Positions 48,084 to 57,503 of a stretch of 61,339 bases of DNA are shown piece by piece. The first letter of the stretch is position 1, and each line of letters opens with the position of its first letter. The notes below the pieces were generated by a model. That model was not told where the DNA came from and did not search any database. It saw nothing but the letters and a program-made list of their open reading frames with translations. Made by a program: the position numbers and the translations under genes. The DNA is from a virus (taxonomy: Duplodnaviria > Caudoviricetes): IMG/VR virus record IMGVR_UViG_3300021959_000036, positions 1 to 61,339 of that record. One strand, 5' to 3'.

Positions 48084-49381
48084 TAAATGATCACTCTATA
48101 TAAATCTAAAATACGCCGGATATGAGGGGGAAAATTAGAACTTAACTGTCTATCCTGTACGTTCTCTCCTTGAAAAGTGAAACCTTGAGATTCTTGACGG
48201 TCTTTATGAAGCATTTTAGCATAATCCATAGTAGCCATTAAAAGGTCGTTAGGAACACTACCAGAAGCATACCCTGATTTATAAGTTACACGAACTCCAC
48301 GAGGATAGTTTTTAAATACAGCAGCTCCTACAATTGTAAGACCGAAGTCTCCTGTTCCATCTCCAATATTCTTAGTAATTTCACCAGTATTAGGATAGAA
48401 TAAAAAGTCTTCTACAGAAGCATGATCATCCGCAAAATCAGAATTATCGTTAGCACCATCAAAATGAACTAGTAAAACAGTGTCATCATCTGTCGCGTGT
48501 TGATAAGAAGGAGCAGTAAAAGCAGCAGTATGTCTTGCTACATGAGAAATACGAGTCTCATCAATAAAACCATTAAAATATTTATAACTAGAGGACACGT
48601 TCTGACGAGCAAATTCTAATTGAGCGGAAATATCCGGCATTACATTAGAGGTTGTTTGTGAAGCAATAGAAGTTCCATCTCTGTACAAATTCCAAGAAGA
48701 ACCTGATCTTACGATTTCTACATGATGAAAAGTATTAGCTGAATAACCAGTTGATGCTGCGTGTGTTACATTTACAACCTCAGTACCTCCAAATACTGCT
48801 CTAAAAGTAAAGCCATTTGTAGTATCATAACCGAGGGACCAAAGATTATCTGCATCCGCAGCTTGTGAGATAAAAGTAGTATTTGCAGAGTAAGAATTTG
48901 ATCTCACTTGCATATCAATAGTAAAATCGGAATCTCCAAAATACCAGTCATTTGAATCTGCTAAAAATATAAAATCATCAGAACCATCAAAAAACACAGA
49001 GGAGTCCCCGAACTTTTTATATCTAGTTTTTAAGACGGGTCCTCCACTGCGAGTTAAAGTGTGATTTGAATCAATTCGAGTTACTGAAGATCCGTCTGAT
49101 TGTGGATTATTTAATTTTCGGTAAGCAGTACCATCATATTCAGAAATAGAGTGTACATCTTGTAAAGGAAGTCGAGAAACAAAAACTGAAGACTTTCCTC
49201 CATCAAAAACTTCTGAATAAGAATTACTTAGAACTTCGTGTCCAATGTAATTTTCTACCGCACCACAAGCAAAAGAAATAAGATTGCTGAGTCTAGCATC
49301 TTCATTAGAGCTTGTAATATTTAGATAATTTTTTATCTGTGCTAAAGTTACATATGGATATTTACCATAATTGCTAGACAT
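48083..49381 (-). CDS. head completion/adaptor protein with inserted LamG/ConA-like domain
   Basis: VTLAQIKNYL...D..L...VENY and VTY.SGY..VP.DL flank FDGSDD...DFTID...HVEIVR.G...GFIDETRIS. Confidence 0.8.
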   Translation of the reverse strand: MSSNYGKYPYVTLAQIKNYLNITSSNEDARLSNLISFACGAVENYIGHEVLSNSYSEVFDGGKSSVFVSRLPLQDVHSISEYDGTAYRKLNNPQSDGSSVTRIDSNHTLTRSGGPVLKTRYKKFGDSSVFFDGSDDFIFLADSNDWYFGDSDFTIDMQVRSNSYSANTTFISQAADADNLWSLGYDTTNGFTFRAVFGGTEVVNVTHAASTGYSANTFHHVEIVRSGSSWNLYRDGTSIASQTTSNVMPDISAQLEFARQNVSSSYKYFNGFIDETRISHVARHTAAFTAPSYQHATDDDTVLLVHFDGANDNSDFADDHASVEDFLFYPNTGEITKNIGDGTGDFGLTIVGAAVFKNYPRGVRVTYKSGYASGSVPNDLLMATMDYAKMLHKDRQESQGFTFQGENVQDRQLSSNFPPHIRRILDLYRVII

Positions 49382-49395
49382 CTCTCACCCCTTTT

Positions 49396-49620
49396 TTATT
49401 TAGTAACGATTGTTGTTTTTGGTTTAGCTGTTGCTACAGTCTCTACGGAAGTAGCACTAACCACCTTTTTCTTAATTGGAGCAGGAGCCGGTTTAGAAGC
49501 AGCTTTAGCTTTTTTCCACTCTTCGATATACAGTTCTACCTGCCCTAGCCCATTACCGCGCTTCATAAGAATAGTACGGGCTTCGTCTTCATCATCAATG
49601 TTCATAATTTCATCAAGCAT
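49396..49620 (-). CDS. small hypothetical protein after capsid gene
   Basis: 74 aa, SD AAGGAG. Confidence 0.6.
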   Translation of the reverse strand: MLDEIMNIDDEDEARTILMKRGNGLGQVELYIEEWKKAKAASKPAPAPIKKKVVSATSVETVATAKPKTTIVTK

Positions 49621-49645
49621 TAAAATTATCTCCTTGTTTTATAGT

Positions 49646-49676
49646 AAGAAAGGGAGGCAGGTGATCCTACCTCCCT
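49646..49676 (-). terminator. intrinsic terminator after capsid gene
   Basis: Minus strand AGGGAGGTAGG-ATCA-CCTGCCTCCCT then TTCTT; the G-U pair works only on the - strand. Confidence 0.7.
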
Positions 49677-49719
49677 CTCCCTTAAAGGTTAATCAGAATA
49701 TTCTCTAATCTAAATTAAA

Positions 49720-52700
49720 TTAGGCGAGTGTTCTGATTGTTGCAGCGTAGCCGTAGGTGGAAGAAACGTTTGCACCTGCGCCTGAGCCAGTGGTTGAGAG
49801 AGCCTTGAAGTCAAAGCGTGTGCTCATGTACATCGCTGTGACCTGCTGGCGGGGTTCGTACTCGCTCTCGATCTCCATACCACGTCGTTCTGCGATCATC
49901 CAGCCTGGCTTGTAGACTAGAGCACCGATGTCGGCTGAGTTTGAACCAACGTTATCAAGGAATTCAGTAATAACAACTGGAATACCATAGATTGCACCAA
50001 CAGAACCTGTGAGGTATGTTGCGTTTGGACCAAACTTGTCAACTGTGCGGAAGTCTGAAGTTGTGACTAGCTCGTTGTAACCTTCAATTGTGGTGAGGTA
50101 TACGAGGTGATCACCAAGCTGTAGACCATATTTGCCCATAAGAGCGCGAGCTGATGCGATATTTGCGGCAGAAGCCTTTGTATCACCATCGGCGGTGCGA
50201 ACTGATAGACCGTCTGTAGCAACTTGGTTAACCATTGTGGTAATACCCTTAACAACAGAGGCATAAGTTGATGTGCCACCTGGGTTAGCTGTGAATCCAG
50301 TAAGAGCACCAGTACCACGAAGGATTGCCTTATCAATTGACCGTGATAGACGACGGGTTGCTGCGCGACGGAGGAAGTCGATTAGAGGAAGAACTGTATC
50401 CTCTTCTTCGTCCTTGGCAAGATGGGTTGTAACCATGAACTTGTGTGGTGTAAAGTCTACTGACTTAATTGCGTTCTGGTTTGAGGTTGGGACGTTTGTG
50501 GTATCACCAACACCTGTGGCATATGTGCCAGAAGCGAATTGTGCTACCTGATCGTCGGTATCCTCATCGGCTACGGGGACACGGAATGTCTTCGCATCGA
50601 CCTGGATTCTATCGAACATAGGAGCGATAACGAGCTGCTGCTCCATTTCTTCGTAGATATTTGTTGAGAAGTTGCTTAGGAACTGATCAACTGAAGTGAC
50701 GGCCTTAATCTGATTACCGAGTTTGGTATCAAATGGGTCACGACGATTGAGAGCCTTAGCAAGAAGGAAAGCATTAGCCATTTCCTTTTCAGAATACTTG
50801 CTTGAAGTCTTCTGAGCTTGATAGACATGCTTGCTATCAGAGATTGCTTTAATCTCGTCTTTATATTTTGCGATCTGAGACTTGAGTTCATCAAGTTCTT
50901 CACGAGTTTGACGGGTTGATTCACCGTGGCGGTCAACTTCGTCGGATTCTTTTAGAACAGCTTCACCAGCTTTTTCAACTAGCTTTTCTGTGTTGTTTTC
51001 TCCAACTTTTACACTGGAGACTTCCTCTGCGGCCTTTTCTACAACTGTTTCAGTTGCAGGAGCAGCCTTTTCAGTCTCTAGTACAATTGGATCACCTGCA
51101 TTTTCGGTTGCCATTGTTTCATTCTCCTTTATAGTCTTAGTAGTCTTATGACCGGTTACTAATAAGGCTAGATCCTTGGAAGTCTCTTCGCCATCGTTGC
51201 AGTCAATACTCTTAAGCTTTTCGATGTTATTAATCATCATTTTAGCAATGTGGTAGTTTGTATCATTCCATTCTGTGGATGGGACAGTGGTTAGGTTAAT
51301 TGTTTTATTCAGCTTTTCCTGTAAAAGTTCACTATTTTTAATAGCTTCGTTATCTTTTACTGCATAAAGCTCTTGCTCAGAAAGTGTGACTAGGTTTTCA
51401 AAATCTTCTTTAATTGAAGCTCTTTCTCCGTCACTTAGATTTTTAAATTCTGTTACTGAAACATCTAAATCAAATTGTGATCCGATGTCCCAAAAATTCA
51501 CTACTGATAAATTTTCAGCAGGGATCGTAACTGTATTATCTAATGATTTTCCATTTAAGTCAACTTCTAAAAATTGAAAAATAGGGTTTTGGGCAGTAGC
51601 AATTTTTACAGTCTGATACCTTTTACCCTCATTTTTTACAAAAGCACCATTTTTAATTTGTGCGGTTTCTGCACTAAGAAGATTAACAAAAGGAATTAGC
51701 TCATAAGGATCAGATGAAAGGTTTACGACCTCTTCATCATCATCTTCCTCAGATAGTTTCTCAATGTCTACGTCTTCAGCAAGATTGACTTCCTTAATAA
51801 TTTCCTTCTCTTCTTCTTCAGCGGCAGCAACAATGACTTCTTCTGTTTCGTTTGTTTCAACGTCTTTAGTCATAGTATTCTCCTCTTCAGAATATAGAGT
51901 AACAGATGAATAATTAGGGTTTTTAGACCCACCGTTTGCCTCAGTCTCACTAGGAGACATAGGACGGGCTTCTCCATCTGTCTTATCAGGTGAATCAACA
52001 TTGTTAGAAGGTTGAACTAAGAACACAATTTCGTGACTGTGCCCTTCTGCTTCTTCAATAGTATAATTCACAATTTTGTGATAATGCTTTTGGCCATGAG
52101 AGGAATAGGTAGTAACACCATTGCCACTATCATCCATTTCCATAGTATGATAATGACCAGCTTTGCTACCAGTTATTCCGACATAAATGCCTTCCATCAT
52201 TTTCACTTCGTCTTTTAGACTAGCCTCTTTGAGACTATTCTTAAAGTCTTCATATTCATCGTTAGATTCAAAACTTTTTCTAACGCTGAATAAGCTTTCT
52301 TGGTTGCAAGGAACGGATACAACACTAATTTCGTGAAGTTCTACATCAGTAATTTGTGTTGTGTCTGTATTTCGATCATAGCGACCATCCTTAACGCGGA
52401 ACCCTACAGAAAAGCTCTTTAAAGCTCCGTCATTAATAAGTGTTTGCACACCGTGAAGTTTTTCTGCTGCGTCACTAACGTATGCCTCAACAAAAATACC
52501 TTTACGATCTACAGAAATCTTTTGAACACGCCCAATTGGTTTGTTATGATCGTGTTGATAAAGAAGAACAGGATTTTTGCGATAATAATCAACGCCTTTG
52601 GCCCATGCATTGGCTGTAATGATATCACCCGCTCGATCTTTATCGGTGGTGTTAGCATAGCCTGCAATAACTAGACCTTTCTTCTTTTTAGTAGCACGTT

Positions 52701-52743
52701 TCTCAACCGTTAGAGGGCTGTATACATGAAACATTTTTTCCAT
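49720..52743 (-). CDS. prohead protease (HK97 family) fused in frame to linker and major capsid protein
   Basis: IAGYAN, DRAGD, LYQHD, SFSVGF, EISVVSVPCN; C-terminal HK97-fold MCP (G.IYGIPVV, R.DF). Confidence 0.92.
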   Translation of the reverse strand: MEKMFHVYSPLTVEKRATKKKKGLVIAGYANTTDKDRAGDIITANAWAKGVDYYRKNPVLLYQHDHNKPIGRVQKISVDRKGIFVEAYVSDAAEKLHGVQTLINDGALKSFSVGFRVKDGRYDRNTDTTQITDVELHEISVVSVPCNQESLFSVRKSFESNDEYEDFKNSLKEASLKDEVKMMEGIYVGITGSKAGHYHTMEMDDSGNGVTTYSSHGQKHYHKIVNYTIEEAEGHSHEIVFLVQPSNNVDSPDKTDGEARPMSPSETEANGGSKNPNYSSVTLYSEEENTMTKDVETNETEEVIVAAAEEEEKEIIKEVNLAEDVDIEKLSEEDDDEEVVNLSSDPYELIPFVNLLSAETAQIKNGAFVKNEGKRYQTVKIATAQNPIFQFLEVDLNGKSLDNTVTIPAENLSVVNFWDIGSQFDLDVSVTEFKNLSDGERASIKEDFENLVTLSEQELYAVKDNEAIKNSELLQEKLNKTINLTTVPSTEWNDTNYHIAKMMINNIEKLKSIDCNDGEETSKDLALLVTGHKTTKTIKENETMATENAGDPIVLETEKAAPATETVVEKAAEEVSSVKVGENNTEKLVEKAGEAVLKESDEVDRHGESTRQTREELDELKSQIAKYKDEIKAISDSKHVYQAQKTSSKYSEKEMANAFLLAKALNRRDPFDTKLGNQIKAVTSVDQFLSNFSTNIYEEMEQQLVIAPMFDRIQVDAKTFRVPVADEDTDDQVAQFASGTYATGVGDTTNVPTSNQNAIKSVDFTPHKFMVTTHLAKDEEEDTVLPLIDFLRRAATRRLSRSIDKAILRGTGALTGFTANPGGTSTYASVVKGITTMVNQVATDGLSVRTADGDTKASAANIASARALMGKYGLQLGDHLVYLTTIEGYNELVTTSDFRTVDKFGPNATYLTGSVGAIYGIPVVITEFLDNVGSNSADIGALVYKPGWMIAERRGMEIESEYEPRQQVTAMYMSTRFDFKALSTTGSGAGANVSSTYGYAATIRTLA

Positions 52744-52744
52744 T

Positions 52745-54007
52745 CTACGTATCCCCTTGTGTAGGATCAGGAGGTGTATCTGTATTATCTTCTGTAGGCC
52801 TGCCTCCTTGAGACGGATCTACAGCACTTCCTGTAATATTTTGTGGTATTCTAATTTCATCGCAATCATCACGATGTTGGAATCTCAAACCTATTCTAGC
52901 TTCATTAGGTGTAATAATACCAGTATTTACTAATGTAGAATAGTACATAGCTTGTGTTTTTTCATCTGCCCTGAGAGCAGCTACAGCAGCTCTATCAGGT
53001 CGAATAATAATATCTGAGTTAAAGAAATGAGAAAATGCACTACAAAACTGTTCAAGAATTGGCATAACAGTATGATTATAAAATAATACTTGGTTAGCTG
53101 CAATATTCGCATTATTACCAGACTTTAAAAGAACATATGGAACACCAAGAGCTTTTGCTATATCTTGCTGAACTCTTTCTACAGAGGCTTCAAAGTCTAG
53201 TTCAGAAAATTTAATCTGACCAAAAGGACTTAATTGAAGACCTCCATCTAAAATAGCAGGATTTCTAGCCCCACCATATATAGTAGAGTAGCTCTGTCTC
53301 CACTGTTCTAAAAGTCTATCTTTAACTTTTGGGCTTAAAACAGAATCAGTCTGTAAAACAATACCTGGAATACCATTATTCTTGAAGAACTGACGCTGGA
53401 AGTTAATTAAATAATAATAAAGTTCAATTAATCTTTTAATAGATTTTAGCTTTGGGGCACCTCGGTAGATACTATCTTCATTATCATTTTTAATATGAAT
53501 AATCTCATCGGTATCAAATTTTAAAGCAGATTCTTGTCTAGTTGTTTGCTTACCGTACCCGTATACGCTAGAAGACTGAACATTTCTAACTAAGAAGTTA
53601 AAGTGTGAAATAAAAGTCTTTTCATCTGGGATAACTTCCATATCATTAGCAGGTAGTACATAAAGATTAGTACGATCATAATAAAAGAAAGCATTACCAT
53701 CTAACATAAAATCTAAAAATGCTCTACGAAATAACTTAACTCTATCCTCAAAAGGATTAGGAGAACGATTCAAAAGTTTGTCTACTTTTTTTACTGCTCC
53801 ACCACCTTCTACTATAATTGGAACTTCTATTAAAGCGTTTATGATAATATCAATAGTCCTATTAACAACTTCTACTTCGCGGTATGCTTGTTCAAAATCA
53901 AGAATAGTTTCTGGACTAGCATAAGGCTCTGCAGCTGCCAAAGAGGGTTGAGCAGGGTTAAGTTTTTCTGATATCCATCTTCTCCAACCTGGAACTTCGT
54001 TAGCCAT
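52745..54007 (-). CDS. portal protein (HK97/T5-like)
   Basis: PNPF, DGNAF, FFKN, IAKALGVP, GIITPNEAR; start MANEV after GGGAG. Confidence 0.93.
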   Translation of the reverse strand: MANEVPGWRRWISEKLNPAQPSLAAAEPYASPETILDFEQAYREVEVVNRTIDIIINALIEVPIIVEGGGAVKKVDKLLNRSPNPFEDRVKLFRRAFLDFMLDGNAFFYYDRTNLYVLPANDMEVIPDEKTFISHFNFLVRNVQSSSVYGYGKQTTRQESALKFDTDEIIHIKNDNEDSIYRGAPKLKSIKRLIELYYYLINFQRQFFKNNGIPGIVLQTDSVLSPKVKDRLLEQWRQSYSTIYGGARNPAILDGGLQLSPFGQIKFSELDFEASVERVQQDIAKALGVPYVLLKSGNNANIAANQVLFYNHTVMPILEQFCSAFSHFFNSDIIIRPDRAAVAALRADEKTQAMYYSTLVNTGIITPNEARIGLRFQHRDDCDEIRIPQNITGSAVDPSQGGRPTEDNTDTPPDPTQGDT

Positions 54008-54374
54008 TTTTCTCCCTTTGAACATTCAACCAGTTTATAATTTTATTTGATAAATGATTACTATATCTTTGTCCGTATAAATTGTGCAATCTTTCATGGT
54101 GTTGTTTGCAGAGAGTATAAAGATTATCATTACTTAATCGTTGAAACTCATCTTTATAAAACTTAACTCTTAGATCTTTAATAGAATCTACAGAACTAAT
54201 TTCTTCTATGTTTTCCTTGATACACCAGTCATTAAACAATTGAGATATAGAATAAATATGATGAAGTTCTAAATTATTTTTTTCTTTACAAATAAAACAC
54301 TCATCACGTAACTTGTAGTCTTTTTTAATATAATCCCTTATGTACTTAATAGGAATTCTTTTTAAATCTGCCAT
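54000..54374 (-). CDS. HNH endonuclease (T5 nicking-endonuclease-like position)
   Basis: CFIC...LELHH...TLC..HH..LH. Confidence 0.8.
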   Translation of the reverse strand: MADLKRIPIKYIRDYIKKDYKLRDECFICKEKNNLELHHIYSISQLFNDWCIKENIEEISSVDSIKDLRVKFYKDEFQRLSNDNLYTLCKQHHERLHNLYGQRYSNHLSNKIINWLNVQREKNG

Positions 54375-54414
54375 TAGAATAACTTTACCAAATACTAAAC
54401 TTTGTGTCCAATCT

Positions 54415-55083
54415 TTAATTTTCAGAAGCTAAGAAAGGGGAACGAAAATCCTGAATTACTTTCCATCTTTTACTAAAATGATCAGGATGCTTGTTCAATC
54501 CTACTTTTCCCTCCTCTAATAATGAAACTTCAGTTTTAATTATTTTGGGTCGGGTTTTGTAGTAATCACTCATAGATAAAGATACTTGTATGTCATCTCC
54601 TCTATCCTTTGTACCCCAAGGCTCTAAGTAATCTTTCCATATAGTTTTTAGATGGGGGATAGATACAGATAAACAGGCTCCTACTGCAATGTCTGATTCA
54701 GTATCAATGCACCACTCACTTGACAAGTCTTCATAACGAGAAACCTTGTTTATTCCTGACCTTCCATAAATGGATACAAGTCTATCAGGAGTTTTTCTTA
54801 TCTCTGTTACCAGTTTCATTATACAGTGAAAGCTTGGATTTATATCATCATCTAAAATAATAGCATATTTATAATCTAAGTCTTTAGCAAACTTCCAACG
54901 CTCAATACACCACCCATTTTTTTCTTTATTTACTACTCCAGCACCTTTAATTTGATGTAGCCTATAAGAGGGATTATTATTGATGATATAAATTGGTAAT
55001 TTACCTTTAAATTTTTCTACTAAATAATAGATGTTACCAAGTCTTTTATAATTTAAGATTATTAAAACAGTATCTTTAAGCAT
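54415..55083 (-). CDS. GT-A fold glycosyltransferase
   Basis: ILNYKR, INNN, ILDDD, RGDDI motifs. Confidence 0.7.
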   Translation of the reverse strand: MLKDTVLIILNYKRLGNIYYLVEKFKGKLPIYIINNNPSYRLHQIKGAGVVNKEKNGWCIERWKFAKDLDYKYAIILDDDINPSFHCIMKLVTEIRKTPDRLVSIYGRSGINKVSRYEDLSSEWCIDTESDIAVGACLSVSIPHLKTIWKDYLEPWGTKDRGDDIQVSLSMSDYYKTRPKIIKTEVSLLEEGKVGLNKHPDHFSKRWKVIQDFRSPFLASEN

Positions 55084-56338
55084 AAATAGATGCCGAAGTC
55101 TTTACATAAGTATAAATGCCGTACCTAGCGGCATCAGAAGCATGAGAATTATCATCATGAATTGTTTTTGGGTTTTCTGTTTTAGGATTCCATTTATAAT
55201 TAGCCATTGATGTAAAAGTTTGAAAACCAGTTTCAGAATCAAAAACTAAACGATCATGGTCTATAAGAGCACCTAAATAATTTATACCGTCTTTTACAGA
55301 CTTTATTGCATTCTCACAAAAAATATCATAGTCATAAGCAAAATCAGCTTTAAGTTGTTGAGCAGCAGAGTCTATGTAAATCATTTCTACTTCCCACTTT
55401 TCTTCTAGTTCTTTAATATTTTCTGCAAGTTCTGAGGTTGTTACCTCTCCAGAAATATATTCATCTATAACATAAAAATATTCACCGTCCGTGGCTATCA
55501 CAATAAAAGCATTTAAATCACGATAGCCCACATCAAGTCCTGCAATAACTTCAAAACGATTAAGATTTTCTTTTACCCAAGTTAAGTCTTGCAGATGACG
55601 ACTTTCATCTAAATTATAGACCTGCATTTCTGTAGTAGTCCAATCACACTCATACTCTTGAGCAAACATCTTATTAGAAATAGAATGACGAGCTTCTTCG
55701 ATATCTTTTGTACTTAAGAGAGGATTAGATCTCCACGTAAATAATCCTGACCCCCAGTCGTCAAACTCTGGATCTTGGCCACGAAGATAGTAAGAGTAAA
55801 GATAATTTGTTTTACCACGGGGAGTAGATATAAAGAGTGCCCTAGAATCGGGGTAGGTAGAAAGAGCAGGACGTAGATCACGAGTAAAATACTCATCATC
55901 AGGGATGATTGCCGCCTCGTCTACAATTATAAGATGAGCAGCACGCCCCACAAGTGAGTCTCTGTTGTTAGCTGATAAGAGGCGAAAGGTAGAACCATTG
56001 ATAAGTTTAACAACTTTATCTTTTTGGTTGAATCTTTCCACTTCCAGTTGTAAATTTCTGATGATATCTGTGACATAATCCCAAATAATTGATGATAGAG
56101 TAAAGTTAGGAGCTACTACCATCACTTGTTTCCCAGGTTCTAAAAGTTTAGCAAACGCTAAAATACCAGCAGACAGAGACTTACCAGTTCTTCTTGCAGA
56201 TATATGAGTCCAGAAACGATGGTTTTCTAGTCCTTCAACCATCCCCCATTGAGACTCATTAAACTGTATTCCGTTATGTTCTCCTACAACAATTTTATCA
56301 AGTAACCTTTCTACAGGGACTTTAAAATATTTATCCAT
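55076..56338 (-). CDS. terL: terminase large subunit
   Basis: ARRTGKS, IVDEAA, ISTP, QEY, GLDVG, HASDAARY. Confidence 0.95.
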   Translation of the reverse strand: MDKYFKVPVERLLDKIVVGEHNGIQFNESQWGMVEGLENHRFWTHISARRTGKSLSAGILAFAKLLEPGKQVMVVAPNFTLSSIIWDYVTDIIRNLQLEVERFNQKDKVVKLINGSTFRLLSANNRDSLVGRAAHLIIVDEAAIIPDDEYFTRDLRPALSTYPDSRALFISTPRGKTNYLYSYYLRGQDPEFDDWGSGLFTWRSNPLLSTKDIEEARHSISNKMFAQEYECDWTTTEMQVYNLDESRHLQDLTWVKENLNRFEVIAGLDVGYRDLNAFIVIATDGEYFYVIDEYISGEVTTSELAENIKELEEKWEVEMIYIDSAAQQLKADFAYDYDIFCENAIKSVKDGINYLGALIDHDRLVFDSETGFQTFTSMANYKWNPKTENPKTIHDDNSHASDAARYGIYTYVKTSASIYA

Positions 56339-56344
56339 TTACCC

Positions 56345-56623
56345 TCATTTCAAATAATTAGCTAAAGCTATACCAAGTCCTGCAACAGCACCAGCTACAG
56401 AGCCTACCCAGATTAGAGTTTTTAGGCTTATACGACCAGAAGTTGCCATAATTTTCAGTTCATTGATTTCTTTGTGCATTTCTGAGATAGTTTTTGACAT
56501 AGCTTCCATGTTCTTTAACAGCTGTTCATACCTCTCTTGACACACAGCTTCATGTCTAGAAAACTCTAGCTTAGATTGTTGTGTACGTTCATGTAGGGTG
56601 TCAATATTTTCATTAATGTCCAT
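56345..56623 (-). CDS. coiled-coil protein with C-terminal TM (XhlA/holin-like)
   Basis: HEAVCQERY coiled coil plus hydrophobic C-terminus. Confidence 0.55.
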   Translation of the reverse strand: MDINENIDTLHERTQQSKLEFSRHEAVCQERYEQLLKNMEAMSKTISEMHKEINELKIMATSGRISLKTLIWVGSVAGAVAGLGIALANYLK

Positions 56624-56627
56624 TGTT

Positions 56628-57215
56628 CTACTCCGCATACTCTACCATATTAGAGTACCAAATAGCAATAGTGTAGCGGTTACCTGCTTCTATAGGTAGG
56701 ACTTGATGAGTGTGTTCAAGACCGGCTTTAAACCCTACGAACATGCCTTTCTTTGGTTTTACTCTGTAGTTTAGATTTACAAAATATATATCGCCACCTT
56801 TAAATGAATCATTAAGATAAAATATACCAGAATATGATCTAAATCTAGTGGGATGCTTTGTTTTTTTAATTTCTTCGTCTACATCTGGTTGCCAACAATT
56901 ATCAGCATGGGGAGACATATCTTGCCCCTGTCTCCAGATTGTAAGCTCTGTGTTTTCTGGAAAACAATGATCTTGATAAAAGGTGTTTATCTCACGTTGT
57001 CCTAAAAACCTAGAATAGTTTAGTACCGATGAAACAGTAGTATAAGGAGTTTCAGTTGCTCCACGTATATTTTTATAAGCTACTGTCCTATCTTTAAACG
57101 CCTCAATTCTTTGAAAAGGATTCACAAAAGCTTGAGGATATTTTTCACAAAACTTTGATAGAAAATCACAACTTTCTTCTGGAAGTGCATTCTCTACTAC
57201 TACAAGGTCATTCAT
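56628..57215 (-). CDS. 2OG-Fe(II) oxygenase (prolyl-4-hydroxylase-like)
   Basis: HAD, YLND.FKGG, H.V....G.RY motifs. Confidence 0.88.
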   Translation of the reverse strand: MNDLVVVENALPEESCDFLSKFCEKYPQAFVNPFQRIEAFKDRTVAYKNIRGATETPYTTVSSVLNYSRFLGQREINTFYQDHCFPENTELTIWRQGQDMSPHADNCWQPDVDEEIKKTKHPTRFRSYSGIFYLNDSFKGGDIYFVNLNYRVKPKKGMFVGFKAGLEHTHQVLPIEAGNRYTIAIWYSNMVEYAE

Positions 57216-57489
57216 CTGGTCGTTTTATTCCCGGAATGACTTCTTCTTCGTCTATAACCAGCTCTTCTCTAGCTTCCTCTTCTCGTCTAGCATTTAAGTC
57301 TTCAATAAAATCAGACCTTGATTGGTCAAAAAGAAATACGCCTAAAAGTGATATTTCATATCTTTGTTTATCTGCGGTTATAAAGTACCGCATTGGATGA
57401 TCATCTACATAACCATCTTCTACCAAGTTTGTTAATTTGTGGAATCTTAGTTGTCCCGGTAACTTATACCGGACTGAATATGTTTTCAT
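57208..57489 (-). CDS. hypothetical protein
   Basis: 93 aa, coupled to oxygenase gene. Confidence 0.55.
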   Translation of the reverse strand: MKTYSVRYKLPGQLRFHKLTNLVEDGYVDDHPMRYFITADKQRYEISLLGVFLFDQSRSDFIEDLNARREEEAREELVIDEEEVIPGIKRPDE

Positions 57490-57503
57490 TCTTACCCTCT
57501 TAA

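Noticed and set aside
39000-52700. Plus-strand ORFs opposite TMP and capsid (e.g. 40074-40397, 41475-41789, 50273-50551)
   Set aside because: Antisense mirrors of codon-biased structural genes
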